Positions 50,256 to 60,455 are shown, numbered from the stretch's first letter. The stretch: 64,000 bases of DNA from Candidatus Bathyarchaeia archaeon (GCA_038727135.1 JAVYWL010000003.1:128001-192000); one strand, 5' to 3'. The notes: a model not told the origin generated them from the sequence alone. A program made the numbers and translations.

Positions 50256-51179
50256 TCAAAATCTTTCAAGCAGAGCCGCGTACATTATTGGTAGGGCTAT
50301 TGTGGCGTCTGCCTCTATGGTTACTGTTTTTGCCTTTTCTCGGATTTTCCCCCATGATACGGCTTCTCTTGGGCGGGCTCCTGATAGGCTTCCATCATAT
50401 TCTACGGCTGTTGTTATGTAAACCGCATAGTCTAATCCTTTCTTGAATAGGTTCCACCATAGGACGTGGTGTTTTGATATGCCTCCGCCTATTATTAGGG
50501 CTCCAGATTTTTTTGCTTCCCATACCATATCGTTTAGGAGTTGCTCGTCCTTAAGCACGTTTATTTTTAGGTCTTTGTGGTCCTGGCTGAACTGCCAAAT
50601 CTGGTAGCCAACTGCACCGTCTGTTATGCCAGGCACTATTACTGGTATGCCATTCCTCCAGCACCAATATAATATCGAGTTTTCGTGGAGGCGTTTGCCA
50701 ATCTCCCAACACAACTCGTAGGTGGCAAGTTCCCTTTTGCCTTCCGCATAAACGCTACTCAAGAACTCCGCCATTTTCTCTTCGATAATTTCGCCATATG
50801 AGGCGTTAGGCACCAGCACGTTGCCTATCCGGCTCACGCCCTTCCTATGCAGTTCCCTATCGTCCATGTAGAAGTCGCCTTGAAAATAGTCTCGGTAGCA
50901 ACGTGCCAAATCATGGTCCAAGGTGCCACAAGTCGTAACCAGTACATGGAACCATTTACGCTTAACCATGTCACGAATAATGCCCCTAGTGCCAGTGGCA
51001 ATGATGCATGCAGGAAAAGAGAGAAAGTTGAGGATTTTCCGCTCTTTTAGCATCGCCTCGAGAATATCGACGGCGACGGCGAGGTTTTTGGCTGTGAAGC
51101 CTCCGCTTTCAAGCATCTGCCGGACAATAGTGTCTGCGGAAACACCCTTCGAAATTTCGAAGTCCTTCACTTTCTCCAT
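50256..51179 (-). CDS. dys: deoxyhypusine synthase
   Basis: GGFTA, RIGN, GGGISKHH, DGSLSGARPREAVSWGK. Confidence 0.92.
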   Translation of the reverse strand: MEKVKDFEISKGVSADTIVRQMLESGGFTAKNLAVAVDILEAMLKERKILNFLSFPACIIATGTRGIIRDMVKRKWFHVLVTTCGTLDHDLARCYRDYFQGDFYMDDRELHRKGVSRIGNVLVPNASYGEIIEEKMAEFLSSVYAEGKRELATYELCWEIGKRLHENSILYWCWRNGIPVIVPGITDGAVGYQIWQFSQDHKDLKINVLKDEQLLNDMVWEAKKSGALIIGGGISKHHVLWWNLFKKGLDYAVYITTAVEYDGSLSGARPREAVSWGKIREKAKTVTIEADATIALPIMYAALLERF

Positions 51180-51194
51180 GGAAAACGCCAGAGG

Positions 51195-52241
51195 CTATTC
51201 TAAACCCTTAAACAGCCAAGACAAGTCTGGCATCTTCGCCCTTTTATCGATTTTCTCAGCCAAGGCGTGAACCACTATTGGTAAGGCTATTGTTGCATCA
51301 CAGTAGCACTGCACATTCCGCCCTTCCTTGGCTTCCTTACCCCAGCTTATGGCTTCTTCAAAAGTGCAGCCCGACAAGCCGCCCCAATGAGGCGCGTCAG
51401 TTGTAATCTGTATGGCGTACTTGTGAGGATAGGTCCTCTCGTATTTTCTGGATTCTGTTAGACTTCTCCCAACAGTGGTTAGTTGGATGAAGTCTTTTGG
51501 CACACCGCCACCGATGTAGATTACGGCGCTTTCTGGAGCTGCCCTAGCCTTAATATCAACAAGCTGTTCAAAGTCCCGCATTTGGTCTATTGTTATGTCG
51601 AAGTTGCTTTCAAGTTTCCTGTTTAGGAGGTATGCGATTCCATAGCCACTGTCAACTATGGCTGGGCAGAAGACTGGCACTTTGTTCTCATAGGCTGTTG
51701 CAATTATGCTTTTAATCCCCATTTGTGAAAGCTCTTTCCCGAATAAGTGGAGAAACTCAGCTGAGGAATATTTGCGGTTTGGACTTAACTTCTTCATGAA
51801 GTTGGCGATTAGGCTTTCCATTTGGCGGTATTCAAGCTCGTCTGCAAAAACGTCGTAAAAGCGGTCAATTTTATATTGCAAAAGTTGGTGGTCATCCACC
51901 ATATGGTGCCCCTGCCAGTAAGTGCCACCCATGGCTTCCAAAATGTCCTCGGATATGTTTGCGCCCGTAGAAACTATAACGTCAATGAAGCGATGTTCAA
52001 TAAGCCAGTTAACAATTTTCCACTGTCCAGTGGTGCTCATGGAACCGGCATAGCCAAAAAATATTACAACGTCGTCTTTGAGCATTTCCTCCCATACTTC
52101 AACCACTTCGCCAAGTTTTCTGCCTTGAAAACCAGTTTTAGCCATTTCTGCAAGCAGTTCTGAAATTTTCTTCGGAGTTTTAACTTCTATTGGCTCAAGC
52201 TTCCTTTTAAAGAATGGAGTTTGTCTTTTCTCCCTTATCAC
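51195..52241 (-). CDS. deoxyhypusine synthase-like paralog
   Basis: GFQGR, STGAN, GGGVPKDF, WGGLSGCTFEEAISWGK. Confidence 0.88.
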   Translation of the reverse strand: MIREKRQTPFFKRKLEPIEVKTPKKISELLAEMAKTGFQGRKLGEVVEVWEEMLKDDVVIFFGYAGSMSTTGQWKIVNWLIEHRFIDVIVSTGANISEDILEAMGGTYWQGHHMVDDHQLLQYKIDRFYDVFADELEYRQMESLIANFMKKLSPNRKYSSAEFLHLFGKELSQMGIKSIIATAYENKVPVFCPAIVDSGYGIAYLLNRKLESNFDITIDQMRDFEQLVDIKARAAPESAVIYIGGGVPKDFIQLTTVGRSLTESRKYERTYPHKYAIQITTDAPHWGGLSGCTFEEAISWGKEAKEGRNVQCYCDATIALPIVVHALAEKIDKRAKMPDLSWLFKGLE

Positions 52242-52338
52242 CGAATTTCAACTCCACAATTTTGGAATGCTTTATTTTCAAAACCTCACTTTTAAATTTT
52301 TAGTTTCCGGAAAACTCGCCATCAGCCTGTGCCCAAAA

Positions 52339-53316
52339 TTAAAAGGTGTAGAGGTTTCCAACACTGTTCCAAACGAAGGCTTCAGGCATGGCTTCTGCCA
52401 TTGCAAAGGCACCCCTCCAACCAGTGCAGTGCATAGGTGCAACCAATTCTGGCTTTAAGCGTTTAAGTGCTTCCACAGTCTTATCTATGCGCTCTTCGCA
52501 ATTTTTGCCGGACAAGTGGAAACCGCCAATTATGGCGTGGATCTTTTCGATCCCGGTTATTTCCCGAACATAAAGCACCGTGTTAACTATTCCAGCGTGG
52601 GCACAACCGGACAATATGATAAGCCCCTTATTTTTGACATGGACAGCTAATGCTCGGTCGTCCCAAATCCAAGGGTCCGGCTGCCATTCACCGTCAACAA
52701 GGGCGCGCTGCCGTGCATAGCCCTTCTCAAAATCAGTTATTCTTGGTATTTCGCCAGTCACAAGCACCGTGCCATCAGCCAGCAAATATGGCTCCTTTGT
52801 TTTAACGAATTTGGCTGGACGAATTTGAGCCTCCCTTGGGAATTCTGGATATCGCCTAACAGAACCGTCTGGTTCGGCTGCTCCTCTCGTTTTAAACATG
52901 TCCTCATGCACTATTATTGGTAAGTCGACTTTACTGATGGCTTTGATAAAGCTTAGCAGTCCGCCGAAATGGTCATAATGCCCATGAGACAAGACAACAG
53001 CCTCAATCTGCCCAAGGTTTATGCCCATACCATATGCGTTTGAAATCGCTCCCATAGGGCTTACACCAGTGTCAAAGAGCAAACTGTGCGGCTTTCCATT
53101 GTAGTACACCGTAACAAGCATTGACAAACCATGCTCAGCTATTGGTAGACGAAAATTCTCCTCAACCCACCCCTTGCCCATGCGCCTCGCAACCCAACTT
53201 CTAACGCCTTGGACTTCCCGCCGGTTAATGGATGATGTGAAGTCTATACAGTTGTCCATTAAACATATTACTTCTAGGCTTTCAGCCTCCCTGAGTGATA
53301 CTCCTTTACAAGACAA
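52339..53316 (-). CDS. MBL-fold metallohydrolase (dihydromethanopterin-precursor synthase-like family)
   Basis: AEHGLS, LFDTG, SHGHYDH, SGCAH, GGFH, PMHCTG; start refined to TTG 53316. Confidence 0.85.
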   Translation of the reverse strand: MSCKGVSLREAESLEVICLMDNCIDFTSSINRREVQGVRSWVARRMGKGWVEENFRLPIAEHGLSMLVTVYYNGKPHSLLFDTGVSPMGAISNAYGMGINLGQIEAVVLSHGHYDHFGGLLSFIKAISKVDLPIIVHEDMFKTRGAAEPDGSVRRYPEFPREAQIRPAKFVKTKEPYLLADGTVLVTGEIPRITDFEKGYARQRALVDGEWQPDPWIWDDRALAVHVKNKGLIILSGCAHAGIVNTVLYVREITGIEKIHAIIGGFHLSGKNCEERIDKTVEALKRLKPELVAPMHCTGWRGAFAMAEAMPEAFVWNSVGNLYTF

Positions 53317-53338
53317 CCGGCACCACCATCCGCGCCTG

Positions 53339-54097
53339 TTAGAGGAACAGGTCCTTCTCCCTTGGTCTAATAAGCTCCGTAGCCCTTGCATCCTCGGACT
53401 TTATGTACTTGTAGCCGCGGATAATAGCCACCGGAATGCCTTCATCCGCCTGCCCAATAACAAGCTCAGCCGCCGAGCAGAGCTCATCGGCAACAGCTGT
53501 CTGCTTAACCCGCAAAACATAGCCGAATAAGTCCTTTTCGCCTCTGCGGTCTCTTATGGGCTTCAAGCCTGAAACGCCAACAGCAACATTAATTTCGCCC
53601 TCCCGCAGGGGTCTGCCATGCGTGTCGGAAATTATGACAGCCACATCACAGCCAGTTAAACGCTTAATCTCATGCCTAATCTTGGCGGCGGAAGCGTCGG
53701 GGTCTTCTGGGAGCAAAGCCACAAAGCGTTCTCCGGGCACGTTAGACTTGTCAACCCCAGAATTGGCGCAGACAAACCCATGCCTTGTCTCGGTGATTAT
53801 TTTTCCATCAGCCATACGCCTAATGCCCTTTGCCTCCCTAAGGACAACCTCAACCATGGCGGGGTCCTTGTCGTAAAGCTCTGCAATGGTCTTCGCAAAA
53901 AGCGAAGGCGTCACCTCATCCAAGTTTACAACCCGCCCCTCAGCCCTCGAAACAACAACATGTGTAACAACTATTATGTCGCCATCCTGTATTGGCGTCC
54001 CTTGACGCTCAGCAGCCTTACAAATAAGCTCTGCAAGGTTGTCTCCAGCCTTTATAATTGGTAAGCCTTCAACACCAATTATCTGAATTACGTTCAT
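53339..54097 (-). CDS. cofE: coenzyme F420:L-glutamate ligase
   Basis: VSRAEG, CANSGVDKSN, LLPEDPD, SDTHGRP.R.G, DLFG. Confidence 0.92.
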   Translation of the reverse strand: MNVIQIIGVEGLPIIKAGDNLAELICKAAERQGTPIQDGDIIVVTHVVVSRAEGRVVNLDEVTPSLFAKTIAELYDKDPAMVEVVLREAKGIRRMADGKIITETRHGFVCANSGVDKSNVPGERFVALLPEDPDASAAKIRHEIKRLTGCDVAVIISDTHGRPLREGEINVAVGVSGLKPIRDRRGEKDLFGYVLRVKQTAVADELCSAAELVIGQADEGIPVAIIRGYKYIKSEDARATELIRPREKDLFL

Positions 54098-54245
54098 GAA
54101 ACATCCACAACATGTTACTATGCTGGCGTTCTTTATAATTTCCGCTTTCTAAAGCAAAAGCATGTTTTACATCATGTTTTCATTGGTTGTATGCAAAAAT
54201 TTTTAATGTTGAAGTCGCCTCTCTCTAAAGGCGAGATGAGTTTCA

Positions 54246-54971
54246 ATGAAAATACTGCATGAGTTTGTCCCTACACGTAAATTTTTGAAACTTGCCGAGG
54301 AAGTTAAAGACCTTGTGGATGGATGGAACATAACCGACAGCGCCGCCGGAATGCCGGCGCCCAGCGGCACAGCCGTGGGCTGCGTCCTAAAAACCAAATA
54401 CCCAGACAAAATCGTCATACCAATATTCATACTCCACTACAAGGGACCAGTCGAGGTTGGAGGCTTGGCTTTAGCCGCAGACGCCGTAGGCTTGGATGGG
54501 CTAGTGCTAACAATGGGAGACATACCAAAATATGGAGAGCCAATAAAAATGTTTAAGTCTTCAGAGGAAGCCAGAGACTTTCTACGCACAACAATACGCC
54601 TAAAAAATGTCAAACTGGGATGCTTACTTACAGCACGCCGAACCATCGAGGAGACAATAGCAAGAGCCAAAGAACCATGGGACTTCGTCTTCTTCATGAG
54701 ACTTGAAGACAAAACCTTCCCAGCACTGGAGCAAGTGGCAAAGGAATGCAAACGCCTAAACAAGCCCATATACACATACTTCCTTGTCGGAACACCCAAA
54801 AACGCAGAAATGGTCAAACTAATCGGGTGGCCTGTGACAACAACCATGGAAAGGGTTGAGGAAACAGCATCAAAACTTGAGGGTTTAGTGGACGGCGTAA
54901 TAGCAACATGCGCCGGAGACTACGACGGCGACAAAGAACTTCTAACAAGGCTTCAAAAGTTTAGAAAATGA
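54246..54971 (+). CDS. MetF/MTHFR-like TIM-barrel oxidoreductase (divergent)
   Basis: E..P near the N-terminus, NITD and LVLTMGD.P motifs resembling FAD-linked methylene-THF reductases. Confidence 0.6.
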   Translation: MKILHEFVPTRKFLKLAEEVKDLVDGWNITDSAAGMPAPSGTAVGCVLKTKYPDKIVIPIFILHYKGPVEVGGLALAADAVGLDGLVLTMGDIPKYGEPIKMFKSSEEARDFLRTTIRLKNVKLGCLLTARRTIEETIARAKEPWDFVFFMRLEDKTFPALEQVAKECKRLNKPIYTYFLVGTPKNAEMVKLIGWPVTTTMERVEETASKLEGLVDGVIATCAGDYDGDKELLTRLQKFRK

Positions 54972-55080
54972 GTCCGTTAAAACCGCCAAACACCCTTCCA
55001 CTCTTTTACTTTACATTTTTCTAAAACTAAATCCAAGAATTAAACGCGGAAAAATTTCTAGAGGCTTCCTCGGCGGAGAC

Positions 55081-55231
55081 CTCCTAAAACACTTCATAAT
55101 CGATGAGGCCGACAGGGAACAGAAAAGCGGCATAAAAAGGTTTGGGATAAACTATTACAGTGGCAAGCAGGGTGATGAAAAGTCTTGAAGATTCAATTCG
55201 TCTCGCTAAAGTTGTTATGGAGGTAGGATGA
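55081..55231 (+). pseudogene. frameshifted 3' remnant resembling CofD C-terminus
   Basis: LKHFIIDEADREQKSGIKRFGI then a +1 shift to TITVASRVMKSLEDSIRLAKVVMEVG*; no start or N-terminal part. Confidence 0.5.
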
Positions 55232-55236
55232 TTGGG

Positions 55237-55431
55237 CTATATTTCGCGGATATCGCATTTCAGCTTCTTTATAACTTCTTCAGCCTTTGAAGGCTCAACT
55301 TTGAGGGTGTAGAGCATTTTTGGTGTGCGAAGCTTCAGTTTTACAACGTCTTTTAGGCGCTTGACTGCGCAGTACTCTGCTCTCTCACTTATTTCAACGA
55401 ATTTGTCTACGTCGAAGATTTCCGTCGGCAT
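55237..55431 (-). CDS. rpl38e: 50S ribosomal protein L38e
   Basis: MPTEIFDVDKF...VKLKLRTPKMLYTL, matching the eL38 pattern; start refined to ATG 55431. Confidence 0.85.
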   Translation of the reverse strand: MPTEIFDVDKFVEISERAEYCAVKRLKDVVKLKLRTPKMLYTLKVEPSKAEEVIKKLKCDIREI

Positions 55432-55466
55432 GCTAAAGTCTCCAAGCTGATGCTCTTTGGCCAAAT

Positions 55467-56576
55467 CTAATTTTTATCTGTTTTGGTCTTCCACCTGCCC
55501 TTAAGCCTATCACAGAACTTGAAAAGCTCTTTTCGTGTTGGGTGTTTGCCTTCCGGGTTTGATATGTAGTAGGCTGCAACAGCATTAGCCAACGTAAGCC
55601 TAACAGCGTCGCTTAACTCATAAACAGTTCCGAGTATGTTACCAGCATTCCAAGTGTCTCCAGCGCCGGTCGCCCTCAAAACAGGGACATGGAAGGCTGG
55701 AACAAGTGTTTCTTTATTCCTTGTGAAGGTTGCAGAATATTCTGTTGTGTGGAGGTCTATCCTCGCCCTTAAATGGGAAGCTAAAAACTTTGCGGACTCT
55801 CTTGCCAACTCTTCAAAATTCAAGCCTTTCCCGGGTTTTTCAGCTTTCCCCTTCAGAAGCGAGGCAAAAAAGACTGCCTCATTCTCGTTTAGGCTTAAAA
55901 CGTCCACCAAATCGCTTTGCAGAACCCTATCAAGCAGTTTTTTGGCTTTTCCCATGTTTGGGGTTGGGTCAGCGGGGTCAAAATAGGTTTTGCCATGTCC
56001 CCTTGATTTGGCGTGACGGAAAACAGTTTCAGCTAGTTCAGTGCCATATTTTCTTGTTCCAGCCCAGTTGAAAACGCAAATGCAATCAGCCCCTTCTATG
56101 GCTTCAAAGTCTTCAGCGTCTAGGTTTTGTGACCCAAAATCTGCCAATGAACCAACATCCCTAAGCATGACGTTTGCTTTTCCATTATCGGTTTTGAATT
56201 CTAATGCTGTTGTTATTGAGGGCTTTTCCACAATTTTTATATGGTTTAAGTTGATTCTCGGCGATTTTGCATAGAATTTGATTAGATGAAGCCCGAGCTT
56301 GTCGGTGCAAACTATTGGCGTGACATTTACGCCTAAGCTTGCCAAAGCGGCGGCGGTGTTTATGGCGTTTCCACCCCTAAACTCTTTCTGGCTTATTTCA
56401 TCTATGCTTCCGCCCTTCCTTTCCACAACATCCACAACTATCCTGAAAAAGTTGCCTGGACTTGTGTTCACGTTTACGAACCTGTCAAGAAAGAAGTCTG
56501 GCATTACAACGACTTCAGCTTCTCTTTGCCGAGTTTTTAGAAAATTCTTAACTTCGTCCAAATATTTGTCCAGCAA
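55467..56576 (-). CDS. PfkB-family carbohydrate kinase
   Basis: GGNAINTA, FDP, LNENEA, TGAGD. Confidence 0.88.
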   Translation of the reverse strand: MLDKYLDEVKNFLKTRQREAEVVVMPDFFLDRFVNVNTSPGNFFRIVVDVVERKGGSIDEISQKEFRGGNAINTAAALASLGVNVTPIVCTDKLGLHLIKFYAKSPRINLNHIKIVEKPSITTALEFKTDNGKANVMLRDVGSLADFGSQNLDAEDFEAIEGADCICVFNWAGTRKYGTELAETVFRHAKSRGHGKTYFDPADPTPNMGKAKKLLDRVLQSDLVDVLSLNENEAVFFASLLKGKAEKPGKGLNFEELARESAKFLASHLRARIDLHTTEYSATFTRNKETLVPAFHVPVLRATGAGDTWNAGNILGTVYELSDAVRLTLANAVAAYYISNPEGKHPTRKELFKFCDRLKGRWKTKTDKN

Positions 56577-56632
56577 GTTTTACCCTTCCAAACAACGTAT
56601 TGCCAACAGAACAGAATTAACTCTTTTGAGCG

Positions 56633-57454
56633 CTATCCGCCCATAAAAAGGCGAACTAAAGCCCATACAACGTCTCCGTAAACCAATGCCAAAACTAAGC
56701 CGGCAGTCATGAAAATTAGCATTGGCAGTCCCGGTGTCGCCCAAACTTTTTCGGAGATTTTTCCCGCCTCAATGGCGTTCTCCAGCCTTTTCACTATGGC
56801 TTCTCTCTCCTCATCTTTTGGCAGAACTAGGAGTTTCCTTTTTACTTCGCCTTCCTCTGTGTTTTCCACGTCTTCTAAGGGGTATATATGCCATTTTTCC
56901 TTCAACTTTTTAATGGGAACCTTATAGCCAGTTGCAAGAATCAAAAGCCTTTTACCTATTGACGCTTCTCGTTGTTCCCCCTCAAAGAGTGGGTTGCCAG
57001 TCCTTATACGCCATAGAAGATTATGGAATAGTAGGTATACGGCTGTTAGAGCTGCCAAAATAACAGAATTGCTGAAAACCGTTACTGGAAAAAACATTTT
57101 CATTATTGGTGAGGCTTCGCCCATTAAGGGTTTTAGAAGCTCTAATGGATAGAAGGGAAAAGCCAAAGCTAAACACATCAAAGCTTTGGCGTCCGCCCCA
57201 CCGAAGCCCCCGGCGTAGAAGAGGATTATGGCGAAGGCTGATGTTAAGCCGAAGCATAAGCCATAGAAGATTAGGGCATCAAGGTCGAAAAGGAAAAGTT
57301 CAGCAAAAGTTAGTGCGAAAGCTGGTGGAGCAAAAAGAACCCAGACGTTATTGCTTACCTCACGCGTTTTGTAGTCGCTCCAAGAAGCATAAAATAGGAA
57401 AAATGTTGTTAAACCTATTTTGGTGGCTTCGATGAGGGCTTGCATTTTAGTCAC
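56633..57454 (-). CDS. A24 prepilin/prearchaellin peptidase
   Basis: ASWSD..TREVSN, GGADAK, C-terminal VWATPGLP. Confidence 0.92.
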   Translation of the reverse strand: MTKMQALIEATKIGLTTFFLFYASWSDYKTREVSNNVWVLFAPPAFALTFAELFLFDLDALIFYGLCFGLTSAFAIILFYAGGFGGADAKALMCLALAFPFYPLELLKPLMGEASPIMKMFFPVTVFSNSVILAALTAVYLLFHNLLWRIRTGNPLFEGEQREASIGKRLLILATGYKVPIKKLKEKWHIYPLEDVENTEEGEVKRKLLVLPKDEEREAIVKRLENAIEAGKISEKVWATPGLPMLIFMTAGLVLALVYGDVVWALVRLFMGG

Positions 57455-57532
57455 TGCTTATTTTGGGTTTAGAAAAGTACTTTATAACACTTAACGAAAG
57501 CTGAATTTAAAAACTTAAAATTTTGAGGGGAT

Positions 57533-57982
57533 TTATGGTGATGCTGGTGATTTGGCGCTGCCTTCCGCTGCCGGTCCGGTTGATGGAGCAACCTTGAAAT
57601 AGTATGTTGTTTGAGGCTCCCACTGATAAGTGATCGTTATTTCTATAGTTCCTCCATTAGCTGCAACAACCTTACTATTTGGGTTGAAAGTTACATTACT
57701 TTGCGGCACAAGATTTTCTGAAGATTTACCCACATAGACTGTACCTATTGTTGCGTCTGATGTTCCCGTGTTTCTAACATATAACTTGATGGTGTTGCTG
57801 TCCGGCCAGTTCACAGCCTCTATGTTGAGTTGTATGCCAGCCTGGTGTCCTGCGCTGCGCATGTATATCATTATCCATGCATATGTGACGACTATGGCGG
57901 CTACGGCTATTACTATTAGTAGGAGGGTTGCGAGGATCGGGGATATACCCCTTCTAGATTTTAGGAGAGTTTTGGTTTTCAT
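57533..57982 (-). CDS. archaeal type IV pilin
   Basis: Class III signal KSRRG|ISPILATLLLIVIAVAA; YVRNTG Ig-like domain. Confidence 0.92.
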   Translation of the reverse strand: MKTKTLLKSRRGISPILATLLLIVIAVAAIVVTYAWIMIYMRSAGHQAGIQLNIEAVNWPDSNTIKLYVRNTGTSDATIGTVYVGKSSENLVPQSNVTFNPNSKVVAANGGTIEITITYQWEPQTTYYFKVAPSTGPAAEGSAKSPASP

Positions 57983-58073
57983 GATGTTTGCACCTTCTGC
58001 TGGTTTATGAAATCTGAAGAATACTTATTTAACTTGTATGAACCCTCAATGTGGATTTCAAGTAAGTTTCGCA

Positions 58074-60455
58074 CTAAGCGATTACCTCCACCTTTGGAGG
58101 ATGCTCAACAATAACCCACAAACCAACACCATTCCTATAAATGAAGTCGGTGCCAGACTGAATTGTAACAACAGCACCAAACCATGTGATATCGAGCGAA
58201 AAATTAAAGGAGGCTGACTGAAGTTTAATAGGCGAAACCTCAATGACATTCTGAAATGGCTGTACTTCCACTTGCAATTCATACAACCGCTGGTCAGCAG
58301 AATTGCTCTTGCTCACCAGCTTCACGTATCTGCCTTGAGCTTGAAAAGCTCCACTATGAACCCAGCTATCGCCGGCAACGGCCCCACTCCATACGGCAGA
58401 GCCCCAGCTTGAAGGGTTGTTGCTAACGTAAACTTCTATGCCAGCTGTGCCGCCCCAATCATAAGTGCTGCCGCTCGGCTGGTAAATCCTTATCCTTGAA
58501 ACAGTCGTCGACGAGCCCAGATCATAGATTATCCAGTGATAGCATTGAGCGTTATGTTGCCAATAAGTCGAGGTACGCCCATCTATTGAGCGATCGGCAG
58601 TATTGCTACCTGAGTAACCGCAGCTGCTGTGCACCGAACTTGGCGTCAACCATCGTCCTGTGGTGGTTACGTTTAAGATTCCTGTGTTTGGTTTAGCAAT
58701 CTTATCAAAGAAGTAAAGTTTAATATTGCCTAAAGTGGTGAACATTACTCCCGCGCCAGCACTACTCGTATAGTTATATTGGGTCCAATGGTGTTGCCAC
58801 AGTCCATCAGAGAAATTGTAGAAGGCATAGCTACCTACATACGTCTCAACTGCTAAGGGGATTCCATTGCTTGTGCCGTTTTCAGTTAAAACCTTAAGTT
58901 TAGTTTTCCAATCGCTTGAAATTGTTATTGGGGTGAGGTTAGTTATTACCCTATCTTCCGGACATGTTGAAGCGTTTACAAAAATCAGTCTTAAGGCGTA
59001 TGTGTAATAGGTTGCGTTTGCCGGAAATGTCAGAACTATTTGGGCGTATGTGTTAGGAAAGCCCCAATTGGTGTAGCCTGACCATTCAGCTTCTTGCTGT
59101 ATAATGTCCCTCACAGTACCGTTTATTATTGGGAAGGATGGTGAAGCATAGAATTTTGCCGAATGCCCGTTTATCTGCATGAAGTCAGCTCTGCTTGTAG
59201 CGGTTTGAACGTAGAAAGTTCCACTACCGCTGTTGTAGGTTATGTTCACTTGAGTTAAACCGTTATTTAAGATGGCGACCGCTCCACCACCACTAGCACT
59301 TACTATTCTGTCATTAAAACTTCTCATGGTTGCGTATGGTGTTTGTTGGGCGTTGTCTCTTCCATCCCACCATATTGTCACATTTTTTATGTTGTGGTCT
59401 ACTAGGAAGACTATCATGTTTCTGCTCGAAAACAGTGTTTCACTGCTGCTCCTGCCAAGGGGAACTTTGTAGTTGGATGCCCAGTCCTCAACTTGGAAGG
59501 GTATCTGTTTGGCTTCCAGGTGGTTGGGGTCTGCGTTTGCGCTTACTCTTAGGCACTTAATTGGCAGTTGTGGGATTGGATATCCGTCTAGAAGTTTTTG
59601 TCCAAGCCATAGCAGTGTCCCATTTTGGAGAACTTCAACAACGATTTTATCGTTTTTTAGTTGGGTGTAGATGCCTTGCATTCCAGTGGCGTTCCAGTCG
59701 AAAACATAAGTTATCTGGGGCTTCTTGCGTGTCGAATAAAAGCTGATAGTAGTTATTCCTCTAGGATCTGAAACTTCCAGTAAGAAACATTTCTTGTCTA
59801 CTTTTTGTGTTGGAATCCCTAAAAGGTATAGGCTGTTTTCGTTTGAAAAACTTGAGGCTTGCTGCTTCATCCAGTTTGAAGTTGCATTATCATAATAGTA
59901 GAATAGGAAGTTTTCATTGGTTAGCCCAAGATATGGGCGGCTCTCGTCGAGTGTGACATTAACCTTAACTGTGTTGTCTGCCACCTCGATTATCTCGACT
60001 CTTAGGGCGCAGAAAGTCTCATAGTTTATGTTGTTTAGGCGTAGACTTAAAAGGTCGTAGGATGCTTTAAGATAGCCCATGCTATAGCTGGAGGTTTCAT
60101 ACCAGCGAACTGAAAAGTTCATGTCAGAAATTCCAATGGAAGGGTTAAGCTCCGGATGGGAGTTTGCGATAAATTCGAAGCCACTGCTTAAGTAGTTGCG
60201 TGCTAGGTTTCGGGCAAAGGACGCGTTGCCAGTCACCTGTAGTACAGAGCAGTAATAGCCAACAGCGAACTCTAGCATCTGCTTCAAAGAATTGTTAATC
60301 TCGTAAATCGACGATGAAACGTTGGTTTGCTCTTTAGGAAGTGAAAAGTTAATTATGGAGTATGTGACGGCAACAGCAGATATGAGGATTATAGCCAACA
60401 GGGCGGCGGCAATTATTGAAAACTGCCCTTTAACAGCACCACGCATTTTAAACAC
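58074..60455 (-). CDS. large pilin-like protein with C-terminal F5/8 type C (discoidin/CBM32-like) domain
   Basis: VKG|QFSIIAAALL class III signal; SIDG..STYW...WIIYDLG...GRYVKL...YELQV. Confidence 0.8.
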   Translation of the reverse strand: MFKMRGAVKGQFSIIAAALLAIILISAVAVTYSIINFSLPKEQTNVSSSIYEINNSLKQMLEFAVGYYCSVLQVTGNASFARNLARNYLSSGFEFIANSHPELNPSIGISDMNFSVRWYETSSYSMGYLKASYDLLSLRLNNINYETFCALRVEIIEVADNTVKVNVTLDESRPYLGLTNENFLFYYYDNATSNWMKQQASSFSNENSLYLLGIPTQKVDKKCFLLEVSDPRGITTISFYSTRKKPQITYVFDWNATGMQGIYTQLKNDKIVVEVLQNGTLLWLGQKLLDGYPIPQLPIKCLRVSANADPNHLEAKQIPFQVEDWASNYKVPLGRSSSETLFSSRNMIVFLVDHNIKNVTIWWDGRDNAQQTPYATMRSFNDRIVSASGGGAVAILNNGLTQVNITYNSGSGTFYVQTATSRADFMQINGHSAKFYASPSFPIINGTVRDIIQQEAEWSGYTNWGFPNTYAQIVLTFPANATYYTYALRLIFVNASTCPEDRVITNLTPITISSDWKTKLKVLTENGTSNGIPLAVETYVGSYAFYNFSDGLWQHHWTQYNYTSSAGAGVMFTTLGNIKLYFFDKIAKPNTGILNVTTTGRWLTPSSVHSSCGYSGSNTADRSIDGRTSTYWQHNAQCYHWIIYDLGSSTTVSRIRIYQPSGSTYDWGGTAGIEVYVSNNPSSWGSAVWSGAVAGDSWVHSGAFQAQGRYVKLVSKSNSADQRLYELQVEVQPFQNVIEVSPIKLQSASFNFSLDITWFGAVVTIQSGTDFIYRNGVGLWVIVEHPPKVEVIA

